Of a stretch of 64,000 nt of DNA, positions 26,066-39,973 are shown piece after piece. The stretch is from assembly GCF_006345805.1 (NCBI RefSeq), contig NC_042998.1:89652001-89716000 (forward strand), read 5' to 3'. The notes beneath the pieces are model-generated. The model had not been told where the DNA came from. It did no database searches and saw only the letters and a list, made by a program, of their open reading frames with translations. Positions within the stretch are counted from its first letter, which is position 1. Every line of letters begins with the position of its first letter. The DNA is from Octopus sinensis (taxonomy: Eukaryota). The position numbers were made by a program, and so were the translations under genes.

Positions 26066-27634
26066 ATGAATGTATGCATGTATCAAGAGAAGGGAGAATA
26101 AGGAGAGGAGGTACTGGGAGTTAACATTTGTTGAGTTGTGTATATTATTATCTTTAAGATGCGATCAATTGCATTTTCGTGAGAGGATGAAAATGATGCA
26201 GTATGTTGTACGCACACAAATACACATCACAAACATATACATCGCCCAAATACACAACATAAATGCTAAAGAAAAACACATAGAAACGTAGACACGCGCA
26301 CTGATAAAGATGCGAGGAGGGGGTGTGTTGAGGTGGGAATAAAAATCGTATGTCAGTGCTAATTATTATTGTGCTAAAATTATATGTTTGATATTTTGTC
26401 CTCTAAAACAAACCTTTCAGGTCATAGTATTTGTGAAGGAGTGCGAGGCAGCGAGACGGTGAGGAAACGTGTCATATTTAAGAGGTCAGAGGTTAGGTCA
26501 ATAATAATTAGACAGGTCTGACTCATTAACATAGATCGCAATTGGATTTGGAATGCCAAACACTATATTTAATGTTAAAGCTACTCTACTTAGTCTGTCA
26601 CTGACTTTGCTTTTGTATTTATTGGATTAGACTAGATTTGAAAGCATAACCATGTGACACTGAGATACGTGCAATTGAGTATGTATCTCTGTGTCACAAT
26701 TACTCGAGTAAGTTTAGTAAACGTATGGTTATATAGAAACAGAGTTTTATAGCATTTTACAGGTTCAGACAACAGATGAAATCGCGTCTTCAATTGATTA
26801 ATTAATTTTTTTATTTTTTGGAAACAATAATATTTACAATGATAGTACTTGTATACATATTAGAGATCAACTATAAATCACATATAGAATGTTTAATAAT
26901 ATTCAGTTTCTTATTATATTAGACTTGCTTTCATATTTCTCTGGGGGATAATAATAAATTCCTTTACTATATAGAGAATTTTCTCCTCAAACGCTATTAT
27001 CAGACATTTTCAAGTGTGCCAGAGATTATTCCAATCTCTAGTATCAAGGTTTTGGAAATTCTATCCAAGGACAAAATGTTAAGCTTTTGCAAATTTTATC
27101 AATAAGAGAGTTTGATTCCACCTTGAAAAATTACTGTCTAGTTTGTAATAGATATTTCTTCAAAGTTGTGCTCTATTACGCTGTAATAATCAACTACGCT
27201 GTAATCAGCGTAACTGATTGAGAGTGGAGCGTCTTTGCTGGAAACTTAATATCAATGCCTCAGCTACCTACCACCTTTTGATGCTAAGAATCGCAATTAT
27301 ACACAGAAAAATTTAAGAAAAATATTAAAAGTAAAATAGAAATGTCCCTGATAGAAATCAAGTCAAAAAAGAGATGTGGCAATAAATATAATCTAGTTAG
27401 TCAAACAACTGCAGTCAGTTGCTGACTTCTGTTTCGTTCTCTTATAAACGTGACTGTTACACATGAAATGTTCTGGTAAACGCATTTATCCTGAAATATC
27501 AATCCAGCTGTTAATGTTAAATAAGTAATTGTTGGTGATGTTCTGATAAAACACTGTTTCTTATCGATGTTTGCTTATATTCTGGAACCTTCACCTACAA
27601 ACATGTAAAGCTTTGTTAATGTTTTTTTGTTTTC

Positions 27635-28040
27635 AAAGCAGCGAGCTGGCAGAAACGTTAGCACGCCGGGTGAAATGCGCAGCCGTATTTCGTCTGCCGT
27701 TACGTTTTGAGTTCAAATTCTGCCGAGGTCGACTTTGCCTTTCATCCTTTCGGGGTCGATAAATTAAGTACCAGTTACGCACTGGGGTCGATATAATCGA
27801 CTTAATCCCTTTGTCTGTCCTTGTTTGTCCTCTCTGTGTTTAGCCCTTTGTGGGTAGTAAAGAAATAGGTATTTCGTCTGTCTTTACGTTCTTAGTTCAA
27901 ATTCCGCTGAGGTCGACTTTGCCTTTCATCCTTTCGAGGTCGATAAATTAAGTACCAGTTGCGTACTGGAGCCGGTCTAATTGATTGCCCCCCCCCAAAA
28001 AAAAAAAAAAATTGGGGCCTTCTGCCTAGAGTAGAAAAGA
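27635..28040 (+). mobile_element. Dimeric SINE family B (head + body + linker + second body)
   Basis: The body GTATTTCGTCTG...GTTCAAATTC...GGTCGACTTTGCCTTTCATCCTTTCG occurs twice, separated by TTTGTCTGTCCTTGTTTGTCC...GGGTAGTAAAGAAATAG. Same architecture at 49586-49985. Confidence 0.9.
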
Positions 28041-28732
28041 GTTTTTTTCAACATTTTGAGTGAACGATTTACTCGTTTCAAAACTATAATTTCGAACTTT
28101 TAATCCGTTCAATAATAGCTATACTATTACGAAGTTTGCTTTGCGTCCACGTGGTTTTGAGTTCGATCAAAGTACGCGGCAATTTGTCCAGATGTATCGG
28201 TCTATAAAACCGGTGTTGTTCACATACGCCTTGTACTTAGTGCTTGACATAGGGATTATACCAACAACAATATTCTGTATCTCTATTTCAATTAATACTA
28301 TCCTTAATACCATTTAAATTAATACTATCCTTAATACCATTATGGCATTTACCATTTTCTTACTGTTATTTTAGATTTTAGATGTACCATTAAAAAGCTT
28401 CGTTATAATTATTAATATTATCATAGTCATTAGGAGAGTCGTTATTGACAGACTTCATTATGCTGATCGTTACTTCACTGTCATAGCGTTTAATACCCAT
28501 CCACATTTATTAGTTGTCCCTGACAAAAATTCAGTGATCAATTCACAACCATATTAAAATCATATAAGAAATAGTCATAGTCAAAACAGGAACGCTTTTG
28601 AGCAATGGTCTGTTCAATCATAGCTGATGTGGGAGTAAAGACGTTGCCTTCAGTTGAAAATGTATATCATAATAAAAATTATAGAGTTATTCGCAGGAAA
28701 ACACTAAAAGTTTTTGAATATTTTATGTCTGC

Positions 28733-28935
28733 AAGGCGATAAAGCTGGCAAAACAGATAAAATGCTTAGTAGTATTTCGTCCGTCTTTACGTACTGAGTT
28801 CAAATTATGTCGAGGACGACTTTGCCTTTCATTCTTTCGGGTCGATAAAATAAATACCAGTTAAACACTGGGTCAATGAAATCGACTTACATCCCTCCCC
28901 AAAATTGCTGGCCATGTACCAAAATTTGAAACCAA
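28733..28935 (+). mobile_element. SINE family B
   Basis: Homology to the family B head, body and tail. Confidence 0.82.
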
Positions 28936-29089
28936 TATTTTATGATTATGTGTCCATTATCCCCCTTCAGTTTCAAATATAAGTGTACACTCTCACACAT
29001 ATTCATACGAACGTACATACATACATACATACATACATACATACATACATACATACATACATACATACATACATACATACATACATACA

Positions 29090-29320
29090 TCACTGAGTGT
29101 GCTGTGGACACAAAGGGCTGTTGACACATTGCATTTGCAAGATTTGTGGCTAAAAGTTTGTGATGTGCTAGTCTATAAGAGACGCAGTTCACTTTTATCA
29201 GAATGAGTTGGAGCAACATAGAATGAAGTGCTTTGTCTGAGTATATAATGTGCCTGCTATTCCGCTAATCGAAACCACGACTTTGCGGTCATCAGTCCTA
29301 CAGCCTAAACGCTAGGTTTG
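29090..29320 (-). mobile_element. SINE family C, diverged
   Basis: GAGTTGGAGCAACATAGAATGAAGTGCTTTG matches the reverse complement of the family C body at 24160-24200. Confidence 0.6.
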
Positions 29321-29875
29321 ACGCATTCACACATACATACGTACATACTTACGCAAACATAACCATACATACACACATACTCAGATACATGCAAACATAC
29401 GTTACATGAGTACATTCATACACATACATGCATGTAAATATAGGTATATAATCACTGCTATACATACACATACAGAGTAAATAAAACGACCTAAATGCAT
29501 ACATAGAAAGACACATATATACATACATAGTAAATAAATAAACGTACGCCACAAGAAACATCGTTTTAATGAATAAATAAAAGTTTGATATTCTCTCAGT
29601 CAAGGTCTTCATATTTATCAACTGTCGTATATTAGTTCATAAACAAGCAACTGTTTGGATGGAAGAATCTCGAGTGGCTTGAAAAATATGAGTCAGTCAG
29701 CCGTTCTGACAATGATCAGGTTGTGACATCACACGAAGAGTTCTTCAGCGTGTATCATAGATTACTACAGAAGACAATTTCAACTGTGACGTAAACCATG
29801 TTTGGTAAATCATCTCCTTATATACTCAACTACTTGTTATTTACTTGTTCGTAAGTATTATTATATATTCACTTG

Positions 29876-29876
29876 T

Positions 29877-29955
<79 letters not shown>

Positions 29956-29990
29956 TACACACACACACATACATACACACACACACATAC
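29876..29990. repeat. (CA)n microsatellite
   Basis: Directly visible. Confidence 0.98.
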
Positions 29991-30140
29991 CTTTATATGT
30001 GTGTATGAATGCGTGTGTTCGTGGGATGAGCTTTTCCAGGTTTCAAATGCCCAGGCCACGCCTTATAGTATGATGGCGCCCTTACGACTACCTCAGGAGT
30101 TCAATCCCACTCCTCCATACGTAACTATGCACAAACACCA

Positions 30141-30190
<50 letters not shown>

Positions 30191-32297
30191 ATCTTCCACC
30201 TACACATTCTCGTTAAAAATACGCAGACGTGTGTGTGTGCGCGCGCTTGCGTGTGCGTGCGCCTGTGTTAAAGACAATATGTTAATTAGTCTGCTACGAA
30301 TAATTGTATACACTCAGAAAGTCATAGACGTGGGAGAGGTCAGTGTAAAAATTGTCTCTCCTTCAAATATTGTCATTCACATTAGACTGTTGTAAAGATG
30401 AGACTCTTAATTTCAGAGTAATTTTCTCATGATTCTCAAAGTAACTTTCACATGGCTCAACTATTGTTCATGCTGTTTGGCAGGGTCTGCAGTGCGACGT
30501 TATGTAGTAAGCAATTTAAATATGTGTCCCAGTTTCGATTCCCAATTGGGACTACTACATTTCTCTTTTCTTTCTAATTCCCTAGGGACAGACATAAACG
30601 TAACACTTCTCTTCATGTTTCTCCAAAACCTTTTAGACGTAATACTAGTGATACAATGATTGATATTATTTCTGTTGTTCTCCCTTTTTGCTTCAAACTA
30701 ACTTAATCTCAGTTTATGCTGATGTTTATCTCGTAGGTCATGCTGCCAGTACTAAATTATATCCATTCAACACCTTTCCCTTATCATGTAAGCACACACT
30801 TGCATTGAATTTTTTGTCTATATTCTTAGTTATAGCTGCATACTGTATCTCTAAATCTAACTCTCTTTTCTACACTTAATAATAACTGAAAACTGTAAGA
30901 CGCAACAATAATAGACAAATAGAACTAATTGGAACTTTAACATAATAAGCTGCGTTCTCGGGCTACAATATCCAATAAAATGCTTTAAAAACTAAAACTG
31001 GTTCCACGTGCGTATGCTTAATCAATTCTTTCATGTTTCATGAAAACATGCGAGATGTACAACAAACCTATTCCAGACACTGATATGACTGCTACTGCGG
31101 CTGCAGCTACGGCTGCTGCTATGGCTGCTACTGCTTCTATTAATGTTCCTCTTCCTTACAACTTGCTTTTAAATTTATTTCGAAGTTTATTTTGAAGATT
31201 GTTCCGAAGGTCGTTCTATAGTTTGGAGGAATACAGCATTCTTAAGTGAGATAGTATTAGTATATTTTACAGGATTAAGATTGTTAACAATTTATCTTCT
31301 TCGATTTTATGACCTAATCTTTTGAATTCTACTTCTCGAGTAATGCAGTAATTAAGACGAACAATTTAAAGGATCACCCAACTTTATTCGTGATGTTCTT
31401 TTCTTTCAGCTATTGTGCATCTAACTTTTGTAGTTCAGTTTTGCGTAACATCTACATTCTTTATATATCAGTAATATATTGTTACCAGTTACTTTACTGG
31501 TATGTTTTCATGATAATAATATGGAATATTAGTTTATCATTGGATTTATTTGCAGAATATACAATAAAACAACAAACAGTAAAGTGTGCGTTTTTTCCAA
31601 AAAGGTGTGGTTGATAAGAAAGGATTTTTATTTCAAGATTGTTTTGTTTTCTTCCACGATCTTTGATAAAAAGTAGATAAACGCTTCAACATCTCTATTA
31701 CGTTCTTATTATCATCGTAAGAAGCCGATGGTAGAGCTTTAATTAGGCAGTGGAAGAGCTTTAATATTTATGGTGCAGAAAAAAATGCTAGAAGGGAACT
31801 CGATAAAAGTTAAAATGATGTAGAGATTGCTTTGGTTGGTAAGGTAAGACATTTTAAGATTCCTGAAGAAAATTTCCATAGAAAATTAGGCTAGAGAGCT
31901 GTTTGTGTTCGCTTGCTTTAAGCATGAGTACAAATGATCGTAGACTGCTCTGATCTACATTACAATTCAGCTTTAGCATATGAAGAAGTTTCTTAGTATC
32001 TCTTATAAGAAATTGTTTAATAACATAATGAAATAATTCCTAGTAATGTTTCTTCAATAATAATACTGCTGATTATGTCCATTTGCTTTATACTAGTTCA
32101 TACAATATTATACGAATTCATTGTTTTAAGCGAAACGAACACTCGTCAATTGTAAAAGTACTTCTGCTGCTTTCATTGTATTCGGTCACAGATCAGTTCT
32201 GATGGAATAGATCCATGGTCAAAAGCATATCAGTGGTGGCCAACTACACGCTATATATATTATCTTGGGTGTCTGTGTGAGCGCTCGCATGTATGTA

Positions 32298-32648
32298 TCT
32301 TTTATCATTTACTTGTTTCAGTCATTTGACTGCGGTCATTCTGGGGCACCGTCTTGAAGGGTTTTTGGTAGAACAGTCGACCCCTGTACTTATTTTTTTA
32401 AAACTTAGTACTTATTCTCTCAGTTTGTCTTGGCGGACCGCTAGGTTACGGGGACGTAAGCACACCAACACTGATTTCAAGGTGGTGAGGGGACAAACAC
32501 AGACATATTTGTGTATGTATATATATATATACGACGGGGTTCTTTCAGTTTCCGCCTACTAAATCCACTCACACGGCTTTGGTCGGACCGAGATGCATCG
32601 CAGTAGGACTGAACTCGGAAAGCAAGCTTCCCACCACACAGCCACGCC
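32298..32648 (-). mobile_element. SINE family A
   Basis: TTTCAGTCATTTGACTGCGGTCATTCTGGGGCACCG ... GGTTCTTTCAGTTTCCGCCTACTAAATCCACTCAC ... CCACACAGCCAC, the reverse complement of family A. Confidence 0.85.
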
Positions 32649-34708
32649 ATGTCTGTGTGTGTCCATACACACAAGGTAATATGTGATTCGAAGATTTCGC
32701 TGCTATTCCTAGCAAGTCGAATGCTTACGTAGAGGTCTCCACAGTGATTCATTTCTTCTCTTGTTTATGAGGCTTAACTGTACCTTATAATGGAATTTAT
32801 ATTACTATTATATTAAACTATCAACATTGATGGGGTGGGGGGTTACCTCTCTTTTCTTTTTTGTTCATACTTTTTTTTATTACCACCAGTGATTTAAAGC
32901 AAAACGTCTAACAATACTGCTGCCTAAAGTTATTAAGAAATCTTTGAAATGGTGGATCTGGTTTTTGGATGTATTTTTGAACAAAAATGCCCATGGTTTT
33001 ATATGAAGTAATGCAGTAATCTCCTTTGATTAAAGGAGATTATCCACCCAATTAGTAGACAAAAACTTTCGCTAGTTTTTGGTTAAATCTTAATGCAACA
33101 AGCAAGACAAAGTTGAACAAAGTCCATTTGAACTACTCAGAAGAGATGAGATTCGGAAGAAATACTTTCACCTGGGCGCCCTTATTTACACATTGATACA
33201 CATATGCGTGTGTAATGGTGTATACGTATATATATTAGTGGTCGAATAAACCAAAGTAGTACTCAACGTATTTAGTTGGAGTTGTATTTAATAACAGGAT
33301 GACTTAGTCCCACATAATATGTGTGTGTGTGTGTGTGTGTGTGTATAAACTGACAGACAGAAAGACGTATATATATATTCTGTGTCTTCTGATCATCCTA
33401 CTATAAACTAGCGTGTGTGTGTGTGCGCGCGTGCGCACGTGTGTGTGCACTCAGCTGTCCATAATCATTCAACAGGTTCCTCGGTAGGACCGGTAAAACA
33501 TGAAGCACTCACTGAATGTTTAGGGCAAAGGAATGAGTGTCTTAGTGTGCGGTGGGTACGATGTTTCAGCGACACAATGGTGTGTGTAAGTAAATATTGG
33601 TCAGACGACACCTTTCGTTATAGTCTAGTTACGCTTCAATAACAATTTAGGTAAGACGAGGTAATGGTCGTAGAGGTGGCTGACTGTAAACGGGAACAGA
33701 TGATGGTGGTGACGATGACAGTGCTGGTGATTGTTGTGGAGGAGGTGGGCGAGAAAATATAAGCGATACGGGTGCTGATGGTGGGTAATGGTGGTGGTGC
33801 TGGTGCTGGTGGTGGTTTGTTGGGGGAAGGTAGTTTGCTGGTGGTAATAGTAATTGTGGTGGAAACGATGGTGATGGTGATGGTGGTTGTGATGGTACAG
33901 TTAGTGCTATCTCTGGTGGTGTATGATATGACTGTGTCGCAGTAGATTAGTTCTTGTGATAAAGGTAGTAGTAGTAGTAGTATAGTAGTAGTAGTAGTAG
34001 TAATAGTAGTAGTAGTAGTAGTAGTTGTTGTTGTTGTTGTAGTTGTTGTTTAGTCATTTGTAGGTAGTCTTAATCTAGCAGGTATATGATCAAGGATGTT
34101 CCAGATGTGTCCCTTCCGTCATTTTTTTAATCATACAATCTACAGTGTTCCCAGAACCTCATCAGAAAATACGGCCTTCCATAATTTAAAATAGTAAATG
34201 TTGAAAAGGAAATTTGGTTGCTATTTCTAATTGACCATAGCCCACGTAGAGGCTTCCGCGTTGAGCCAACGAGGAAGGTTAGTGAATTAATAATAATTGT
34301 AACTGAGAAAATGTAAGCTGGACGTAAGACGGTAAGAATAACATTTAGATGGTAGGTAATCTTTGGTGGTATAGAGATGGTGGTAGCCGTCTATACGTAA
34401 CAGTGGTGGTACTGAAGAAGTAGCATGATGATAGTGTTTTGTTGTTGTCGTTGGCTATGGTGGTGATGGTGGTGGAGATAGTGGTGACGTGGAGAAGAAG
34501 AAAACGTAAGGGTAGAATGGTAGTGATGCTAGTTGTAATACTGACAATGTTGGCGGTGGTGGAATTATATCGGTGGTAGAGATGAGCTCAGAGTGTGGTA
34601 GTGGTTAGGGGTTTTTGTTGTCAGTGGCGCTGGTTGTTCAAACGCTTGAATTAGTTGTGTTGCGGTCGTCGCAATAGTAGTAGTAGTAGTAGTAGTAGCA
34701 GCAGTAGC

Positions 34709-34754
<46 letters not shown>

Positions 34755-35876
34755 TCTCCAACACATCTCAGATCCAGCAGCTCAAAAACACTCCAGCCGT
34801 GATAGACCCGGCATTTTTTTTTTTTTTTGCTTGCAGGTTATAATTTCAGTGAATTTAGCTGTTATTTTTAATCGGCCATTCGCTCACACAGAGGCTTCTT
34901 TGGTAGTATTGGTAGAGGTGATGACAATGTCTAGCAGTATGGTGTGGGTAGTGGAGTTACAGGCGACAATACGTCATAAGGGTGAGCTGAGTAAATGGCA
35001 GGGGACGTGTTGGTGATAACACAGATGGGAAATGAGGTGTCGGGGTGTAAAGGCCGTGAAGATCTCATGTCCTGTTATTATTCCACCCCTATTTCCAAAT
35101 AATAGTGAACATCAGGTGGAAGGATTAGGGTGAGGTAACATTCTGCCACACGTACACAGTTATATGCACATGCATTGGCACTAAATATTTGTTTGGGTAT
35201 TTACGCGTGTGTGTCTATTCTTGCACCTGTTTGGAACTCTGTGTGTGTGCGTGTATGTATATGTACTTAAAAGCATTCGTATTGGAACGAATGTATACAT
35301 ATATATGTAAATATACATATGAACATGTGTATTTACTTATGCATGAGCTTACATGTATGGGAATGTATGAATAAACATGTATTGTGTTCGTATGTATATG
35401 TGCGTGTATAACTAAAAAAAAAACTTTGAAACATAGTTTAACCATGTGTTGATAAATGCACATACGTTTACAAGTAGTTGCAAACACTCACACTCACTCA
35501 CTCACGCACACACTTCATTGAGGAAATACATCGCTACACAAGTAACACGCCTGTACAACAAAACAGGACGGCCTCATTCTGTATGCGGTTCCGTAATCTA
35601 CTAGTGGGAGAGTAGCGGTAGTAGTCAACTGGCTCACTCAACAAAACTTAAAAGCAGAAAACAGCAAGGAGCATTTAACGCAGTCCCGCAGTTCCGTGCT
35701 CCTCTATTAAACCCAACGGCTGCGTTTTCTCTCGGATCTTTTTACCTATTTATTTGTTTCTAGTACTTTATTTCTCATTCTCTCTCATTCTATCTCTCAT
35801 TTCATTTATCGAACTCTTTATTCATACTTTCTTTTTCCATCCGTCCTTTCTAGTCAGTCAGTTCATCCGTCTGTAA

Positions 35877-35877
35877 G

Positions 35878-35953
<76 letters not shown>
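35877..35953. repeat. (TCTA)n microsatellite
   Basis: Directly visible. Confidence 0.98.
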
Positions 35954-36129
35954 CCTCCGCATTATCTGTTGTGCCTGGCATGTCCGAAGAAGTACGTGTA
36001 AGATGATAGAGTTAAGAAGTCGGACTATACCTCTGCTGCCGTCGCCGAGATGGATTTTAATTTGCCTTTTTTACCTGTCACGTAAGTTTTCATTCATATA
36101 TATTATTCATGTACATGTATATCCGTCTA

Positions 36130-36180
36130 TACACACACACACACACGATAATATATATATATATTATATATAATATATAT

Positions 36181-36244
<64 letters not shown>

Positions 36245-36247
36245 GTG

Positions 36248-36290
<43 letters not shown>

Positions 36291-36363
36291 TATATATATG
36301 TATATATATTATATATATATATATGTATATATATTATATATATATAATATATATATATGTATA

Positions 36364-36394
<31 letters not shown>

Positions 36395-36775
36395 TATATG
36401 AATGTATACACGTATATATATGTACATAAGTTTCTCCCTCACTCGCATCTCTACATATATGTGCGTGTGTGTGTATCAATATATATAAATTGTCTATATA
36501 TATATATATATATATATACATAAGCAATTATAAGTCTCTAAGCTAGGTATAATATAATTCCACCCCTATATATCACGATATTTATACATATTTATATATG
36601 TGCATATGTGTGTGTATGTATATGTATATATATGTATATATACGTATATATATATATATATGTATGTTTTTATGTATATATATAATATATATGTATGTAT
36701 ATATATATATTATATATAATATATATATATATATATATTATATATGCATATATACGTATATATATGTATACATGC

Positions 36776-36808
<33 letters not shown>

Positions 36809-36958
36809 ATATATATATACATGCATGCATATATATATATGTATATGTATGTATATATATATAAATGTATGTATCTATGTATATATATGTGTATATTTGT
36901 ATGTATGTATGTATGTATGTATGTATGTATGTATGTATGTATGTATGTATGTATGTAT
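36130..36958. repeat. Long degenerate (TA)n/(TATG)n array
   Basis: Directly visible. Confidence 0.96.
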
Positions 36959-36959
36959 A

Positions 36960-37268
36960 AATAAGGTGCGGAAATGGCGGACTCCGAATGAATAAGGTAA
37001 TTTAATCCGATAGTAGAAAGAATTCCGTGGATTAGGCACTCCATAGCCAGTCGGAAAATATAACTACATGTGGATTGTTGGCGATATTTTTCCTCCGTCT
37101 TTATCTTGTCTCGGTCTTTCCTCTGTCACCTGTTTCTGAAGAAGAGCTTTGCTCGAAACGTAAAGCACCCTTTCTTTCCTTCCGTAATCGTCTTATTAAT
37201 ACTATGCATGTATCACGTCCCCGCGTTGTTGTTTTTTCTTGTGTTCTTTCCTTGTTTTGGGGTATTAA
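36960..37268 (+). mobile_element. Penelope-like terminal-repeat remnant carrying a minimal hammerhead motif
   Basis: Contains CTGAAGA-A-GAGC-TTT-GCTC-GAAAC-GTA and lies between microsatellite tracts. The Penelope assignment is inferred from the known association of minimal HHRs with Penelope-like elements. Confidence 0.55.
37131..37167 (+). ncRNA. Minimal type I hammerhead ribozyme motif
   Basis: Core CUGAAGA (37136-37142), stem II GAGC/GCUC, GAAA, palindromic ACGU in place of stem III, GUA cleavage triplet (37160-37162), 5-bp stem I UGUUU/AAGCA. Confidence 0.65.
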
Positions 37269-37269
37269 C

Positions 37270-37640
<371 letters not shown>

Positions 37641-37878
37641 GTATGTGTGTGTGCATATATATTTATGTATGCATGATAACATGCACATACACACACATGC
37701 CATCGTCCGCTGTCACTGTTGTGGTCTGGAGTTCGTGTTTCCACTAACAATGTGCCTGTTCACTCTTAAACAACGCGCGTGCGTGTGTGAGTGTGTGTGT
37801 GTGTGTGCATGTGTGTGTGTGCTTGCATGTGTGTGTGTTCTCATGCATAACTTTATACCTTTGTAATATTTAGGCTTC

Positions 37879-38095
37879 AAAGGCGGCGAGCTGGCAGAAA
37901 CGTTAGCACGCCGAGCGAAATGCAGAGCAGTATTTCGTCTATATCTACCTTCTAAGTTAAAATTCTGCCGAGGTCGACTTTGCCTTTCATTCTTTCTGGT
38001 CGATAAATTAAGTACCTGTTGCGTACTGCGGTCGATCTAATCGACTGGCCCCCTCCTCCATAATTTTGGGCCTTGTGCCTAGAGTAGAAAAGAAT
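37879..38095 (+). mobile_element. SINE family B, near full length monomer
   Basis: AAGGCGGCGAGCTGGCAGAAACGTTAGC ... GGCCTTGTGCCTAGAGTAGAAAAG. Confidence 0.9.
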
Positions 38096-38319
38096 ATTTA
38101 GGGTTCATAACATCAGATGTGAAAAGCTATGAATAACAGATACCTTTCTCTTTCTCCCTCACTCACTCATACAAACATACACCAAGAAAAGAAAAAAGAA
38201 AAAAGCAGAAAGGTCCTGATGTTATTTTGTAGGCAAAGCTACAGAGAAGGAGAGAGAGAGAGAGAGGGGGGAGTGTGTGTGTGTGTGTGTGTGTAAGAGG
38301 GAGAGAGACAGAGAGATAC

Positions 38320-38439
38320 CTTTGATTGAACTGAATCTGAATTAGTTCCTCTTGGAAAATCGGCACGCACAATATTTCTGATGGGGCTTGGATTAAGATG
38401 ATAGCATTTACACTGTCTTCGCTTCCATATAACAATTAC
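38320..38439 (-). CDS. Candidate coding exon, juxtamembrane-like peptide
   Basis: 120 nt, phase 0-0, acceptor ...CATAAGCATTAG, donor GTATCT, reading VIVIWKRRQCKCYHLNPSPIRNIVRADFPRGTNSDSVQSK. Confidence 0.25.
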
Positions 38440-39442
38440 CTAATGCTTATGTAAACAGTTTAACGGTAGCAAAGGTAAACAGGACGACCGCATGTTACCT
38501 ATTAGGGGGTTTATATTTCTTTATGAAAGATGCACAATTTCATCACACTACACACACACACACACACACGCTCATTCTTTCTCCTCTCACGCTCACTCTC
38601 TTTCACTTCTCGGGAACTTTTTAGTTGTTCTCAACTTGTAGCTAATAACTTATACGTCGAACACTATTATGCAGGTCGACCTTTAACAAAACGAGAGAAC
38701 TAATAGATAGACTAATGGAACACTGAGAGGAAAAGAGAAAATGTGTGTGTGTGTGTGTGTTTTTTGTGTGTGCACGTGCATGTATGCGTCTGTTTATGTG
38801 TGTGTGTAAGAGAGGGAAAGTGTGTGTGTATGTATGAGGAGGCACAAAAAGAAACTATCCCCTTTCTAGTGACAGAATACTCACTCTCGTGTAGCACATT
38901 CTTTCAGGTAGGCTTTACGTATTATAGTATCATACATAGATTTAGTGGATTGTGTACGTTTAAATATGACTTGTCTGCGTATGTACATGAGTCTATGACT
39001 ATAAATACGCTGGTTTATATGAATTCCTCCAGGAATGCATAAATGATATGAATATACCCTGACTGTTCGTGTAATTATAGTGTAAGAGTATATATACACA
39101 CACACATACACACTGGCAAATACATATAATTACACGCTGGGCAACGATAACATCACAGTGGGGCTGGAGTACACACGCACATAAACAAACACATCCGTGT
39201 GTGTGTATGTGTATGTTTGTGTGTGTGCGTGTGTGTGTGTGCGTGTGTGTCTACTATATGTGCATGAGTCTTGTATGTGCGCGCGTGTCTATGTTTGCGT
39301 GAGTGTGTGCATTTGTCATGTCCAAAATGACAGTTTGATGGATTTTCGCCAGGCAGCTGATTGCAATGCATTATTGAGTCCTACATAGATAATGTTTGCA
39401 GCATTAATAACATATGCGTGTCAATTTTTACATCTTTGTTTA

Positions 39443-39478
39443 TTTTCTGTTGAAGAGTGTAGGCTCGAAACGTAAAAG
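39443..39478 (+). ncRNA. Second minimal hammerhead-like motif (core mutated) in a ~130 bp Penelope-like remnant (to ~39565) abutting (TA)n
   Basis: CTGTTGA-A-GAG-TGTAGG-CTC-GAAAC-GTA-AAAG: same architecture as 37136 but with A6 replaced by U; 4-bp stem I. Confidence 0.5.
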
Positions 39479-39570
39479 ACGTTTTCACTTTCCCCGAGCA
39501 TCAAACTAATACACTTGCTTGTAGTTCACACACCTGTCTTCGTCTTTTTTTCCCTATAAACTTCAAATAT

Positions 39571-39635
<65 letters not shown>

Positions 39636-39942
39636 TGACATGCGTCTCAAACGCAAAAGATGTAAAGATGTGGCCATGATGGAGTACCTTCAGTATCATC
39701 AGCTTTTCAATGGCCGTTTTCTAGTAGTTGACAAGTAAAATTAGGAGCTTGATATTGCTGCTCTCTTTTAGCTTCTTGTGATATAGATTTTTTGGGAAGA
39801 AGGTTAAGGTTCTCCATGAAAAGATATACCCCATTCTATGTTGATCTCTCAGGTTTTTCGGATAGATATTAACTGAATCCTAAGCTATGGCTGTACATTG
39901 TCCTTACTCTAAACAAGATGGGTAGGACCTTTGGACGAGTGC

Positions 39943-39973
<31 letters not shown>

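Noticed and set aside
27194-27211. Perfect 7-bp hairpin TACGCTG-TAAT-CAGCGTA beside a short direct repeat
   Set aside because: Too short to exceed chance in 64 kb, and no functional context.
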